This document shows, piece after piece, positions 1-6,380 of a DNA stretch of 54,439 bases. The position numbers and the translations under genes were made by a program. The notes beneath the pieces are model-generated. The model saw only the letters and a program-made list of their open reading frames with translations, was not told the origin of the DNA and did no database searches. Position 1 is the stretch's first letter. Every line of letters begins with the position of its first letter. Source of the stretch: a virus (Duplodnaviria; Caudoviricetes); IMG/VR virus record IMGVR_UViG_3300034073_002739, positions 1-54,439 of that record; one strand, 5' to 3'.

Positions 1-83
1 GCCCAGGTGGTGAAATTGGTAGACACGCTGGTCTTAGAAGCCAGTGCTTCGGCGTGACGGTTCGAGTCCGTCCCAGGGCACCA
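1..83 (+). tRNA. tRNA-Leu(TAG)
   Basis: Cloverleaf with long variable arm, anticodon loop CT-TAG-AA, GGTTCGAGTCC T arm, encoded CCA. Confidence 0.95.
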
Positions 84-179
84 TACTAGAGCATATTGGC
101 ACAGTAATATTTTAGCTCGGTGAAAGCTTTGTGCAAAAATCCAGATGCTATAGCTTTACTCTAATATGTTCTAATATGG
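81..179 (+). ncRNA. CCATA...TATGG stem-closed RNA cassette A
   Basis: 81-99 pairs with 161-179 (18/19, two G-U); starts on the CCA of tRNA-Leu; internal GCACAG/TTGTGC stem. Confidence 0.6.
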
Positions 180-280
180 TAGATAGTCAATGTTAAAAAT
201 GGGTATTCAGAGTATCCGTTCCAAAAAGGTGCAAATCCTGATTAAGCATAGAGCTTGGTAAAAACAACATAGACTAGCCA
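177..280 (+). ncRNA. Stem-closed structured RNA with T-loop-like hairpin (A')
   Basis: TAGTCAATGTT/AACATAGACTA closing stem; hairpins ATGGGTATT/AGTATCCGT, AGG-TGCAAAT-CCT and AAGC/GCTT. Confidence 0.45.
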
Positions 281-465
281 TAGTTAAGTATTTTGTTCGT
301 CCTAGGTGAAATAAACAGGACATTGCAGCCCAGAGAAATAAGGGTATCCGGCCGGTATATCCCTAAAGCGGGCTGAAGTTAATCGTAGCCGATCTTTAGC
401 GGGATCATATGGCGGGAAGATTAACTCATGCGCAAGCAGGCAGTAAGCAAAATACTTTACTATGG
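278..465 (+). ncRNA. CCATA...TATGG stem-closed RNA cassette B (multibranch)
   Basis: 278-297 pairs with 446-465 (19/20); internal stems GTCCT/AGGAC, CAGCCC/GGGCTG, AGTTAATC/GATTAACT, TGC-GCAA-GCA; terminal GG is the 5' end of tRNA-Tyr. Confidence 0.65.
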
Positions 466-550
466 ATGCGTAGCCAAATGGTTGACGGCAGCGGGCTGTA
501 AACTCGTGACACTAGAAACGCTGGTGGTTCGAATCCATCCGCATCCACCA
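464..550 (+). tRNA. tRNA-Tyr(GTA)
   Basis: GGATGCG/CGCATCC acceptor, CT-GTA-AA loop, long variable arm, ACCA. Confidence 0.95.
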
Positions 551-631
551 TAGTATAGCTAATTGACTAATAAGTAGGACACCCATAGGCATAGTATGGG
601 CCAACCTCACCTGCAGTTAGCTATACTATGG
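548..631 (+). ncRNA. CCATA...TATGG stem-closed RNA cassette C
   Basis: 548-565 pairs with 614-631 (18/18, one G-U); starts on tRNA-Tyr CCA; internal CCCATA/TATGGG hairpin. Confidence 0.6.
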
Positions 632-697
632 CTGTTGACTGGCCCGATAAGGCACTCTAAAGCCTGAAATGGGAAAACTTATTTCTAGTCAACACCC
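630..697 (+). ncRNA. Stem-closed three-way-junction RNA (C')
   Basis: GGCTGTTGACTGG pairs with CTAGTCAACACCC (one mismatch); internal GCC/GGC and GAAATGGG/CTTATTTC hairpins. Confidence 0.45.
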
Positions 698-951
698 GTA
701 ACTGCGCTGCTCACGCTGAACCTATAAACTCTAGGCTGGTGACTAGGATGGGGTCGTCCCCCGTAATGATACTGTGCCGAATAACGTAACCGGCCGAGCC
801 TAGAGCAAGCAGGGATGAGCTCCTGCATAGCTCATATGCCATGTGTATAAAGAGTAACAGAACTGGCTAAGGCCAATTCTAGCAAAAGTTCCCGCAACGC
901 TTAAATAGTCGTATCCCTAGACTATACCGCGCACTATGCGAAAAAAGTTAC
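698..951 (+). ncRNA. ~250-nt multi-stem RNA with H-type pseudoknot, unknown class
   Basis: GTAACT/AGTTAC closing stem, CTCTAGGCT/AGCCTAGAG, GCAGG/CCTGC with loop ATGAGCT complementary to downstream AGCTCAT, AGAACTGGC/GCCAATTCT, ATAGTC/GACTAT; no credible ORF. Confidence 0.55.
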
Positions 952-1044
952 AAGTGATGGTGGACTACGTAACTGGATATTTTAGACCTGCGGGCCGTCG
1001 CCCAAGAGTCAAAAGACACTATGAATCCACTTTAGGGAGTGGGG

Positions 1045-1127
1045 CCATAGTTCACCATACTGGTGTAGTTGAGGTCGTTCCTCATTTATGCGGTAACACT
1101 GCTAAAATCCAGTATGTTGAACTATGG
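1045..1127 (+). ncRNA. CCATA...TATGG stem-closed RNA cassette D
   Basis: 1045-1063 pairs with 1109-1127 (18/19); internal TGAGG/CCTCA hairpin. Confidence 0.55.
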
Positions 1128-1141
1128 TTTCAGGAGGTTTT

Positions 1142-1468
1142 ATGAGTCGTACATATAAAGATAAACCTGAAGATATTAAGTGGCCAGAAGAGCGACTAGA
1201 CTATAATACAGTTCGACTAGCCATAGACTTTGGTTGCCGTTTAGGTTATCGACGCATTGAAGTCGCAGGCCGGAAAACCAAAAAACCAAGAACTTATTGT
1301 CATCATCGCTGGTGGGCAAAGTCCCCGGGATGGTGGGTACGACTAACAATGACCCGGCCTCAGCGCAGAGCTGGGCGGGTGTGGGAAGCCAACATAAAAT
1401 ATGCTAAAGATTTGGATCTATTAGATCCGCCACAAGTTAGTCGTAAACCTCATGTATATTATTATTAA
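1142..1468 (+). CDS. Basic Trp-rich hypothetical phage protein
   Basis: ORF; AGGAGG Shine-Dalgarno before ATG 1142 (preferred over 1124). Confidence 0.75.
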   Translation: MSRTYKDKPEDIKWPEERLDYNTVRLAIDFGCRLGYRRIEVAGRKTKKPRTYCHHRWWAKSPGWWVRLTMTRPQRRAGRVWEANIKYAKDLDLLDPPQVSRKPHVYYY

Positions 1469-1469
1469 T

Positions 1470-1544
1470 GGGCTGCTAGTGATAATGGGAGCACGGTGCC
1501 TTTGCACGGCATAGGTCGGAGTTCGATCCTCCGGCGGTCCACCA
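1470..1544 (+). tRNA. tRNA-Ala(TGC)
   Basis: G3-U70 acceptor GGGCTGC/GCGGTCC, TT-TGC-AC loop, ACCA. Confidence 0.95.
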
Positions 1545-1605
1545 TCCAATAAGATTTGGGAACCAACCCAAACGGCCCCGCAAGGGAATTTTTAAACACA
1601 CGGAG

Positions 1606-1809
1606 ATGTGTATGATGGCATATAACGGATTAGACGTTGTTTCAGTCGATGTTCCGCTAATGCTTAGACTAATGGAATTTGCTCGTGAAGATGCTACATC
1701 CGACAAGGATTTGCATTTTGTAGCAGAACACTTAGTCAGGCTAATGCAGACAAATACTCTCCTTACCATGAAACACTATGATATGATAGTTGACAGGGAG
1801 GGTTTTTAA
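1606..1809 (+). CDS. Hypothetical protein (probable paralogue of 1809..2012)
   Basis: ORF, GGAG RBS region, translational coupling to next gene; exact start may be 1612/1615. Confidence 0.7.
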   Translation: MCMMAYNGLDVVSVDVPLMLRLMEFAREDATSDKDLHFVAEHLVRLMQTNTLLTMKHYDMIVDREGF

Positions 1810-2012
1810 TGGGCGATAAGTATTATAAGTTCGTAGAGATAGAGGTTAGCCCTAAACTCTTAAAAAAGCTCTTAGAACACGCAAAAGATCCTAAAGTAAC
1901 GCAAGATCATATAAACTATATGATTGAAAACATGAAATTGTTAGCACGGCATGACGAGTGCTTAACCTTAGACGAGTTTGATGTAATCACAGAAAAATCC
2001 TTAGTCATGTGA
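1809..2012 (+). CDS. Hypothetical protein
   Basis: ORF with GGAGG RBS; shares V-x-P/LL..L.E.A...LT...Y/FD.I pattern with previous gene. Confidence 0.75.
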   Translation: MGDKYYKFVEIEVSPKLLKKLLEHAKDPKVTQDHINYMIENMKLLARHDECLTLDEFDVITEKSLVM

Positions 2013-2090
2013 TTAAGGTCGGCAAGAAGGCGTGCCGGCCTTTCTTGTTGTTTTTAAACTCCAAAATAAAAATAATAACAGGAGAACAAA

Positions 2091-2849
2091 ATGGCAGAAT
2101 CAATCACCCCTGCAGGAATGATGATGAGCGGTGGCGACAGCCTTTTCGGAGGCAGTGGTCTTATTGGCGGTCTTATCTTAGGCTCACTCTTACGCAACAA
2201 CGGCAATCTATTCGGAGGCGAAGGCGCAGCAGCTGGAGCGGTTCTTCGTAACCCGCCCGAGCAAACTCAAGCCAATATGAGCTTAATGCAATCTATTGGT
2301 GCAGTAGACAAAGCTGTAGCTGTTGGCACAGCAGCCATGGAATCATCTCAGGCAGCACAAAGCGCAGCTATTGTTGCAGAAATTGGTCGCACAACTGGTA
2401 ATGTTGTTGGTCGTATTGATGCTACAACAGCAGCAGTTAATGCTAGTACTATGGTTTTAGCACAACAGCTAAACGGTATTCAGCAACAAGTAATGGAAAA
2501 CCGTTATGAGCTCAGCAAGGACATTAGTGCTGATGGCGACAAAACTCGTGCCTTAATTACTCAACAGTATGAGGCTACCCTAAACCGTCAGCTAAGTGAT
2601 GCAAATGCAGCAGTTATCGCCTTACAAGCTAAACTAGACAATGGCGCAGTTGCTCGTGGTGTTGAGGTTACTACAACCAACAACATCAATCAAATGCAAC
2701 AGCAGGCTCAACAGCAGCAACAGTGGGGTCAGCTCTACAATGCTATTTGGGGTCTAGCACAGAACATTCGTTCAAATAATGAAGCAATTAATGTTGGAAG
2801 CGGTACACTTACTGCTAGCCCAACAAACACAAATACTAACATTAGATAA
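2091..2849 (+). CDS. Gly-rich N-terminal hydrophobic, coiled-coil protein
   Basis: 252 aa ORF, AGGAG RBS, GGSGLIGGLILGSLL segment then Ala/Gln heptads. Confidence 0.85.
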   Translation: MAESITPAGMMMSGGDSLFGGSGLIGGLILGSLLRNNGNLFGGEGAAAGAVLRNPPEQTQANMSLMQSIGAVDKAVAVGTAAMESSQAAQSAAIVAEIGRTTGNVVGRIDATTAAVNASTMVLAQQLNGIQQQVMENRYELSKDISADGDKTRALITQQYEATLNRQLSDANAAVIALQAKLDNGAVARGVEVTTTNNINQMQQQAQQQQQWGQLYNAIWGLAQNIRSNNEAINVGSGTLTASPTNTNTNIR

Positions 2850-2866
2850 TCTCTAATTATTGGTTA

Positions 2867-2898
2867 GCCCCCTGTTCACAAGACACGGGGGCACTTTT
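2867..2898 (+). terminator. Intrinsic terminator
   Basis: GCCCCC.../...GGGGGC hairpin followed by ACTTTT. Confidence 0.55.
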
Positions 2899-2914
2899 AC
2901 TAGGAGATTATTAT

Positions 2915-3385
2915 ATGTATCCGTATTATTTACCTCCTCCTTGGATATTTAATTCCTACTGTCCCCCACCTATTGGTGGACAAGGTATTAGCGATAATGA
3001 TGTTATCATAAATCATCAAGGTACTGGTATGCCGGGACCGCCCGGACCTCCAGGACCGCCCGGACCTCCAGGCCCTAGTGTTGCTTGTACAAACACTAGC
3101 CGTGTTATCTTCAAAGACTATGAGGCGGAACCAACAGACTACTACATCGGAGTTAATAGTAAGGGACCCGTTACTATTACACTACCAGAAAAATCAGATA
3201 AGTGTCAGACACTTATAATTAAGGCGGAGATGGGTCCGCCACTGGGAACTAGGAAGATTACAGTTACTACAGCAGATGGATCATTAATAGACGATAAAAC
3301 TGAAATAGTCTTACAGAATCCATATGAATCAATCATGTTAGTACGTAGTCAACATATATGGTCAATTATTTCAAACTATAAATAA
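2915..3385 (+). CDS. Collagen-like (GPP repeat) protein with C-terminal beta domain
   Basis: GPPGPPGPPGPPGP encoded partly by an exact 18-nt tandem repeat at 3035-3070; AGGAG RBS. Confidence 0.8.
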   Translation: MYPYYLPPPWIFNSYCPPPIGGQGISDNDVIINHQGTGMPGPPGPPGPPGPPGPSVACTNTSRVIFKDYEAEPTDYYIGVNSKGPVTITLPEKSDKCQTLIIKAEMGPPLGTRKITVTTADGSLIDDKTEIVLQNPYESIMLVRSQHIWSIISNYK

Positions 3386-3392
3386 ATATATT

Positions 3393-3557
3393 ATGTTAAT
3401 CGTTACTAGAGAAACATTGACCCAAGAGCAGCAAGACATCCTAGATGCAGTAAACAATTTAATTGGTTGTAGCAAAGATGTTAGTGCCCATGGGTTTTAT
3501 CAATATTGTGAAGCTGAAAAAACCTTGGCAAATTTAATCTTGAATTTATCAAACTAA
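3393..3557 (+). CDS. Small hypothetical protein (54 aa)
   Basis: MLIVTRETLTQEQQDILDAV...; fills gap after previous stop, below ORF-track cutoff. Confidence 0.5.
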   Translation: MLIVTRETLTQEQQDILDAVNNLIGCSKDVSAHGFYQYCEAEKTLANLILNLSN

Positions 3558-3568
3558 TAGTGTATAAT
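3540..3568 (+). promoter_or_regulatory. Sigma70-type promoter
   Basis: TTGAAT-17-TATAAT. Confidence 0.7.
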
Positions 3569-3599
3569 TATTACTTCGGCGTTGATTGAAAGAGAAAAA

Positions 3600-3794
3600 A
3601 TGACAAAACAAGAAGCCTTAATTATCTTACAAGCTCTACCAGACGATGCCGAAGTAACCCTTATTGTAGGCCAATGTAACTTGTGGCAAATTCCTGAATA
3701 TAATCCACACCTCTGGAAGGCTCCACAATGGCAAATGCCTCAATATGATCCAAACAATCTATATAGGATAACTTGTGAAAATAAAACCTCGTAA
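3600..3794 (+). CDS. Hypothetical protein
   Basis: ORF downstream of promoter, AGAG RBS. Confidence 0.6.
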   Translation: MTKQEALIILQALPDDAEVTLIVGQCNLWQIPEYNPHLWKAPQWQMPQYDPNNLYRITCENKTS

Positions 3795-3891
3795 TCCCCT
3801 TGTGGCTCTAGCACATAAACGTCGTGCTGGATCGCACACCAAAACCCACAAGCAAATTCGTGGTAAACTAAATCGCAAACTGGATGCATAA
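3775..3891 (+). CDS. Small very basic peptide (38 aa) overlapping tRNA-Lys 5' end
   Basis: GTG start after AGGA; MKIKPRNPLVALAHKRRAGSHTKTHKQIRGKLNRKLDA; stop lies inside tRNA-Lys. Confidence 0.5.
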   Translation: MKIKPRNPLVALAHKRRAGSHTKTHKQIRGKLNRKLDA

Positions 3892-3956
3892 CTCAACGGT
3901 AGAGTAACCGGCTTTTAACCGGTAAGCTGTGGGTTCGAATCCCCCTGCATCCACCA
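3882..3956 (+). tRNA. tRNA-Lys(TTT)
   Basis: GGATGCA/TGCATCC, ACCGG-CT-TTT-AA-CCGGT, ACCA. Confidence 0.95.
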
Positions 3957-4016
3957 TATTAAAACATACTACTAAGAGTCCAGGTTCATAGCGTGGCATA
4001 GTGTGTTTCAATATGG
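3954..4016 (+). ncRNA. CCATA...TATGG stem-closed RNA cassette E
   Basis: 3954-3971 pairs with 3999-4016 (17/18, one G-U); starts on tRNA-Lys CCA. Confidence 0.6.
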
Positions 4017-4024
4017 AAAACTTT

Positions 4025-4118
4025 ACTAGCATAGTTTAATGGTAGAACTCCGAGCTTATACCTCGGCATGGCTCTAGATTGGGGCACGGTCTAGGTTCGA
4101 ATCCTAGTGCTAGTACCA
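4025..4118 (+). tRNA. tRNA with TAT (Ile) anticodon and long variable arm
   Basis: ACTAGCA/TGCTAGT acceptor, CCGAG-CT-TAT-AC-CTCGG, 24-nt variable region with GCTCT/GGGGC stem, GGTTCGAATCC, ACCA. Confidence 0.85.
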
Positions 4119-4121
4119 CTT

Positions 4122-4191
4122 AAGGCGAAAAGGGTAGCTCCCCTGTTAATTCTGCAAAATTAACTAGCCTATTAATACTCTTGCAGGAGTA
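4122..4191 (+). promoter_or_regulatory. Structured leader with kissing loop over HNH gene RBS
   Basis: AGGC/GCCT junction with AGGG/CCCT and GTTAATT/AATTAAC hairpins; loop CTGCAA complementary to loop TTGCAG of TACTC/GAGTA hairpin containing GGAG. Confidence 0.55.
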
Positions 4192-4196
4192 CACAA

Positions 4197-4718
4197 ATGT
4201 ACACTAAACCTATTAAAATATTAGAAGGCCTAAAGGCCGGATACCAGCAATTTAGAGACCCTGAACATCCTCTAAGTTATTCTTCTGATGGGTCTGTTTA
4301 TTTACATAGACATATTGCTAGCCTAAAAATAGGCAGATGGTTAAAAAGTAATGAACACGTACACCACATAGATGGTAATAAATTAAATAATGATCCAGAT
4401 AATCTACAAGTATTAACTAATAAAGAACATGGATTATTACATAACTTAAGTAATACGTCTACAATATCATGCACAGTTTGTAAAACTTTATTTAAACAAA
4501 TAAATAAAACAGTAAAATACTGTAGTACAAAATGCTTTCATGAATCAACAGTAAAAAACAATGAAATAACCAAAGAATTATTAGATAGTCTTATACCTTA
4601 TAATTCTTGGGTTTCTTTAGGTAAAAAATTTAATTACTCAGATGTAGGAATAAAAAAGAGAGCAAAAGCACTTGGATGTGATTTATCTAAAATAAATTCC
4701 TACAAATATAAAATTTAG
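4197..4718 (+). CDS. Free-standing HNH homing endonuclease with C-terminal Zn finger
   Basis: YLHRHIA...VHHIDGNKLNNDPDNL HNH motif; CTVC...YCSTKC; AT-rich relative to neighbours. Confidence 0.9.
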   Translation: MYTKPIKILEGLKAGYQQFRDPEHPLSYSSDGSVYLHRHIASLKIGRWLKSNEHVHHIDGNKLNNDPDNLQVLTNKEHGLLHNLSNTSTISCTVCKTLFKQINKTVKYCSTKCFHESTVKNNEITKELLDSLIPYNSWVSLGKKFNYSDVGIKKRAKALGCDLSKINSYKYKI

Positions 4719-4808
4719 TGAGTTGGATGAGAGGCTTAAATCAACGGTTTGCTAAACCGTCGTTTCAGGAAACTGGGACCGTGGGTTCGAATCCCACACT
4801 CACTGCCA
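4717..4808 (+). tRNA. tRNA-Ser(GCT)
   Basis: AGTGAGT/ACTCACT, TT-GCT-AA loop, long variable arm, G73 + CCA. Confidence 0.95.
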
Positions 4809-4819
4809 CGGAGAATACT

Positions 4820-5119
4820 ATGGATCATGATAAACTAATAGCCGCTTTAGATAGCATAATTATTAAAGCTAAAAATGTTAAACGCGGAGATAGCGTTAGG
4901 TGGAACTCTAGTGGCGGTGTAGCTAGAGGCAAAGTTACCAAAGTAATTACAGACGGCGAGGAGCAAATCCCCAACTCTAGTTTTAAGATTACAGGCACAC
5001 CGGATGATCCAGGGGCTCTTATTCGTGTTTACCGTGAACAAGACGGCGAATACAAACCTACAGACACTATTGTAGGGCATAAGGTAAAAACTCTAACAAA
5101 AATTCCTGCACTGGATTAA
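4820..5119 (+). CDS. DUF2945/Hva1 Tudor-like protein
   Basis: GDSVRWNSSGGVARGKV...GTPDDP...VGHK pattern; GGAG RBS; true start 4820, not 4718. Confidence 0.7.
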   Translation: MDHDKLIAALDSIIIKAKNVKRGDSVRWNSSGGVARGKVTKVITDGEEQIPNSSFKITGTPDDPGALIRVYREQDGEYKPTDTIVGHKVKTLTKIPALD

Positions 5120-5121
5120 TT

Positions 5122-5274
5122 ATGCCTTGCTATAAATGTTCAAATGGTAAGTACAAATACGGTCAAAAAGGCAATTGTCAGTTTGATACCCTAGCGGCGT
5201 GTAAGGCTGCTGAAGCAGCTATTCATGCCCGCGAAAACGAAAAGCCTAAAAAAGAAGAAAAACCTAAAAAATAA
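5122..5274 (+). CDS. Small Cys-containing hypothetical protein (50 aa)
   Basis: MPCYKCSNGKYKYGQKGNC...; fills gap exactly up to tRNA-Glu. Confidence 0.6.
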   Translation: MPCYKCSNGKYKYGQKGNCQFDTLAACKAAEAAIHARENEKPKKEEKPKK

Positions 5275-5349
5275 GCACCCATCGACTATCGGTTAGGTCA
5301 ACACCCTTTCAAGGTGTAGAGACGGGTTCGACTCCCGTTGGGTGTACCA
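5275..5349 (+). tRNA. tRNA-Glu(TTC)
   Basis: GCACCCA/TGGGTGT, CT-TTC-AA loop, ACCA. Confidence 0.95.
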
Positions 5350-5354
5350 ACTAT

Positions 5355-5433
5355 CTGAGTGTAGGAAAGTCAGGCTCAATCCGTCTCGTTTGGGGCGAGA
5401 AGATCGCAGGTTCGAATCCTGCCACTCAGACCA
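5355..5433 (+). tRNA. tRNA-Pro(TGG)
   Basis: CTGAGTG/CACTCAG, TT-TGG-GG loop, ACCA. Confidence 0.95.
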
Positions 5434-5438
5434 ACAAA

Positions 5439-5514
5439 ACCACTGTAGTTCAATGGACAAGAATATCTTGCTACGAACGAGAAGATAAAGGTTCGATTCC
5501 TTTCAGTGGTTCCA
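5439..5514 (+). tRNA. tRNA-Arg(ACG)
   Basis: ACCACTG/CAGTGGT, CT-ACG-AA loop, TCCA. Confidence 0.95.
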
Positions 5515-5526
5515 AGAACAATTAGG

Positions 5527-5601
5527 TGTGACTGAACCCAAAAAGTGAGGGAGCAGGCTGTGAACCTGTTTTGCTAGCGGGAGCGTTACCCGTCAGTCAC
5601 C
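5527..5601 (+). tRNA. Atypical tRNA-His(GTG)
   Basis: GTGACTG/CAGTCAC, CT-GTG-AA loop, C73; T at -1, T-loop AGCGTTA, no encoded CCA. Confidence 0.75.
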
Positions 5602-5608
5602 CCTAATT

Positions 5609-5684
5609 GCTGCTTTAGCTGATGTGGTCATAGCAACGGTCTGAAGAATCGTGGAACCCTGTTCGATCCGGGGAAGCAGCACCA
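5609..5684 (+). tRNA. tRNA-Phe(GAA)
   Basis: GCTGCTT/AAGCAGC, CT-GAA-GA loop, ACCA. Confidence 0.95.
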
Positions 5685-5685
5685 C

Positions 5686-5760
5686 AGCCGATTAGCTCAG
5701 TGGTAGAGCAATGTTTTGATAAAGCAGAGGTCGCTGGTTCAATCCCAGCATCGGCTACCA
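5686..5760 (+). tRNA. tRNA-Ile(GAT)
   Basis: AGCCGAT/ATCGGCT, TT-GAT-AA loop, ACCA. Confidence 0.93.
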
Positions 5761-5873
5761 GTTTCGGTTAGCTATAGAGCCTTAATACCTATAGTCGCAT
5801 TCTATACCGGCGTAAGAGTATAGCGTTAACCATAGCAGACGATAAGTGCTATGCCGGACAGGTAACCGGCTCC
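5761..5873 (+). ncRNA. Four-way-junction RNA directly after tRNA-Ile
   Basis: CGGTTA/TAACCG encloses hairpins GCTATAG/CTATAGT, CTATAC/GTATAG and CATAGCA/TGCTATG. Confidence 0.55.
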
Positions 5874-5897
5874 TTACACACAACACACGAGGTTATA

Positions 5898-6137
5898 ATG
5901 ACAACTAAAAATCCCTATGAGATTCGTACTGAGCTTCTGCAACTTGCTCAGACTTATCTTGAAAACCAGTTTCAAGCTAACAAACAGTTTGCCGAACAAA
6001 GCTATCAACAAATGGTAGAGCTTGGCCAAGTTCAGCCAGAAGATTGGGCTAAACATATGCCCAAATTCTATGATTTCAAAGACATTTTGGAACGAGCCAA
6101 AGAACTCTACGGCTTTGTAAATAATGAAAGTCGCTGA
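5898..6137 (+). CDS. Phage hypothetical protein
   Basis: KNPYEIRTELLQLA...ILERAKELYGFV; GAGG RBS. Confidence 0.8.
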   Translation: MTTKNPYEIRTELLQLAQTYLENQFQANKQFAEQSYQQMVELGQVQPEDWAKHMPKFYDFKDILERAKELYGFVNNESR

Positions 6138-6282
6138 GCTATGGCAGCGCGTCTTGGAGTGTGTTCGTCCGTACACATTCGAGGATTATGTCAAAGAATA
6201 CGGCCCCCAAGATCACAAAGAACTAGAAGAACTTGAGCGTAAATGGTCGCAAAGTGGCGGCTGGTTTAACAAATCACAATAA
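6124..6282 (+). CDS. Small hypothetical protein (52 aa)
   Basis: MKVAELWQRVLECVRPY...ELEELERKW; overlaps previous stop. Confidence 0.55.
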   Translation: MKVAELWQRVLECVRPYTFEDYVKEYGPQDHKELEELERKWSQSGGWFNKSQ

Positions 6283-6289
6283 CAACAGA

Positions 6290-6363
6290 CGCGCGGTAGA
6301 GAAAAGGCATCTTACCAGTCTCATAAGCTGGAGTTGAGGGTTCGAGTCCCTCCTGCGCAACCA
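6290..6363 (+). tRNA. tRNA-Met(CAT), initiator-like
   Basis: C1xA72 mismatch, CT-CAT-AA loop, ACCA; lacks the three G-C anticodon-stem pairs. Confidence 0.88.
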
Positions 6364-6380
6364 ACACACAGGACACACAA

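Noticed and set aside
630-951. RNase P RNA (ACAGAACTGGCTAA resembles CR-V)
   Set aside because: No GAGGAAAGTCC CR-I or P4 partner; the match is better explained as a local hairpin
81-1127. CRISPR-like array formed by the recurring CCATA/TATGG words
   Set aside because: Only 5-7 nt are shared, units are inverted rather than direct repeats, spacing is irregular, and no cas genes are present
936-1145. 69-aa ORF
   Set aside because: No RBS and lies across structured RNA elements; likely spurious
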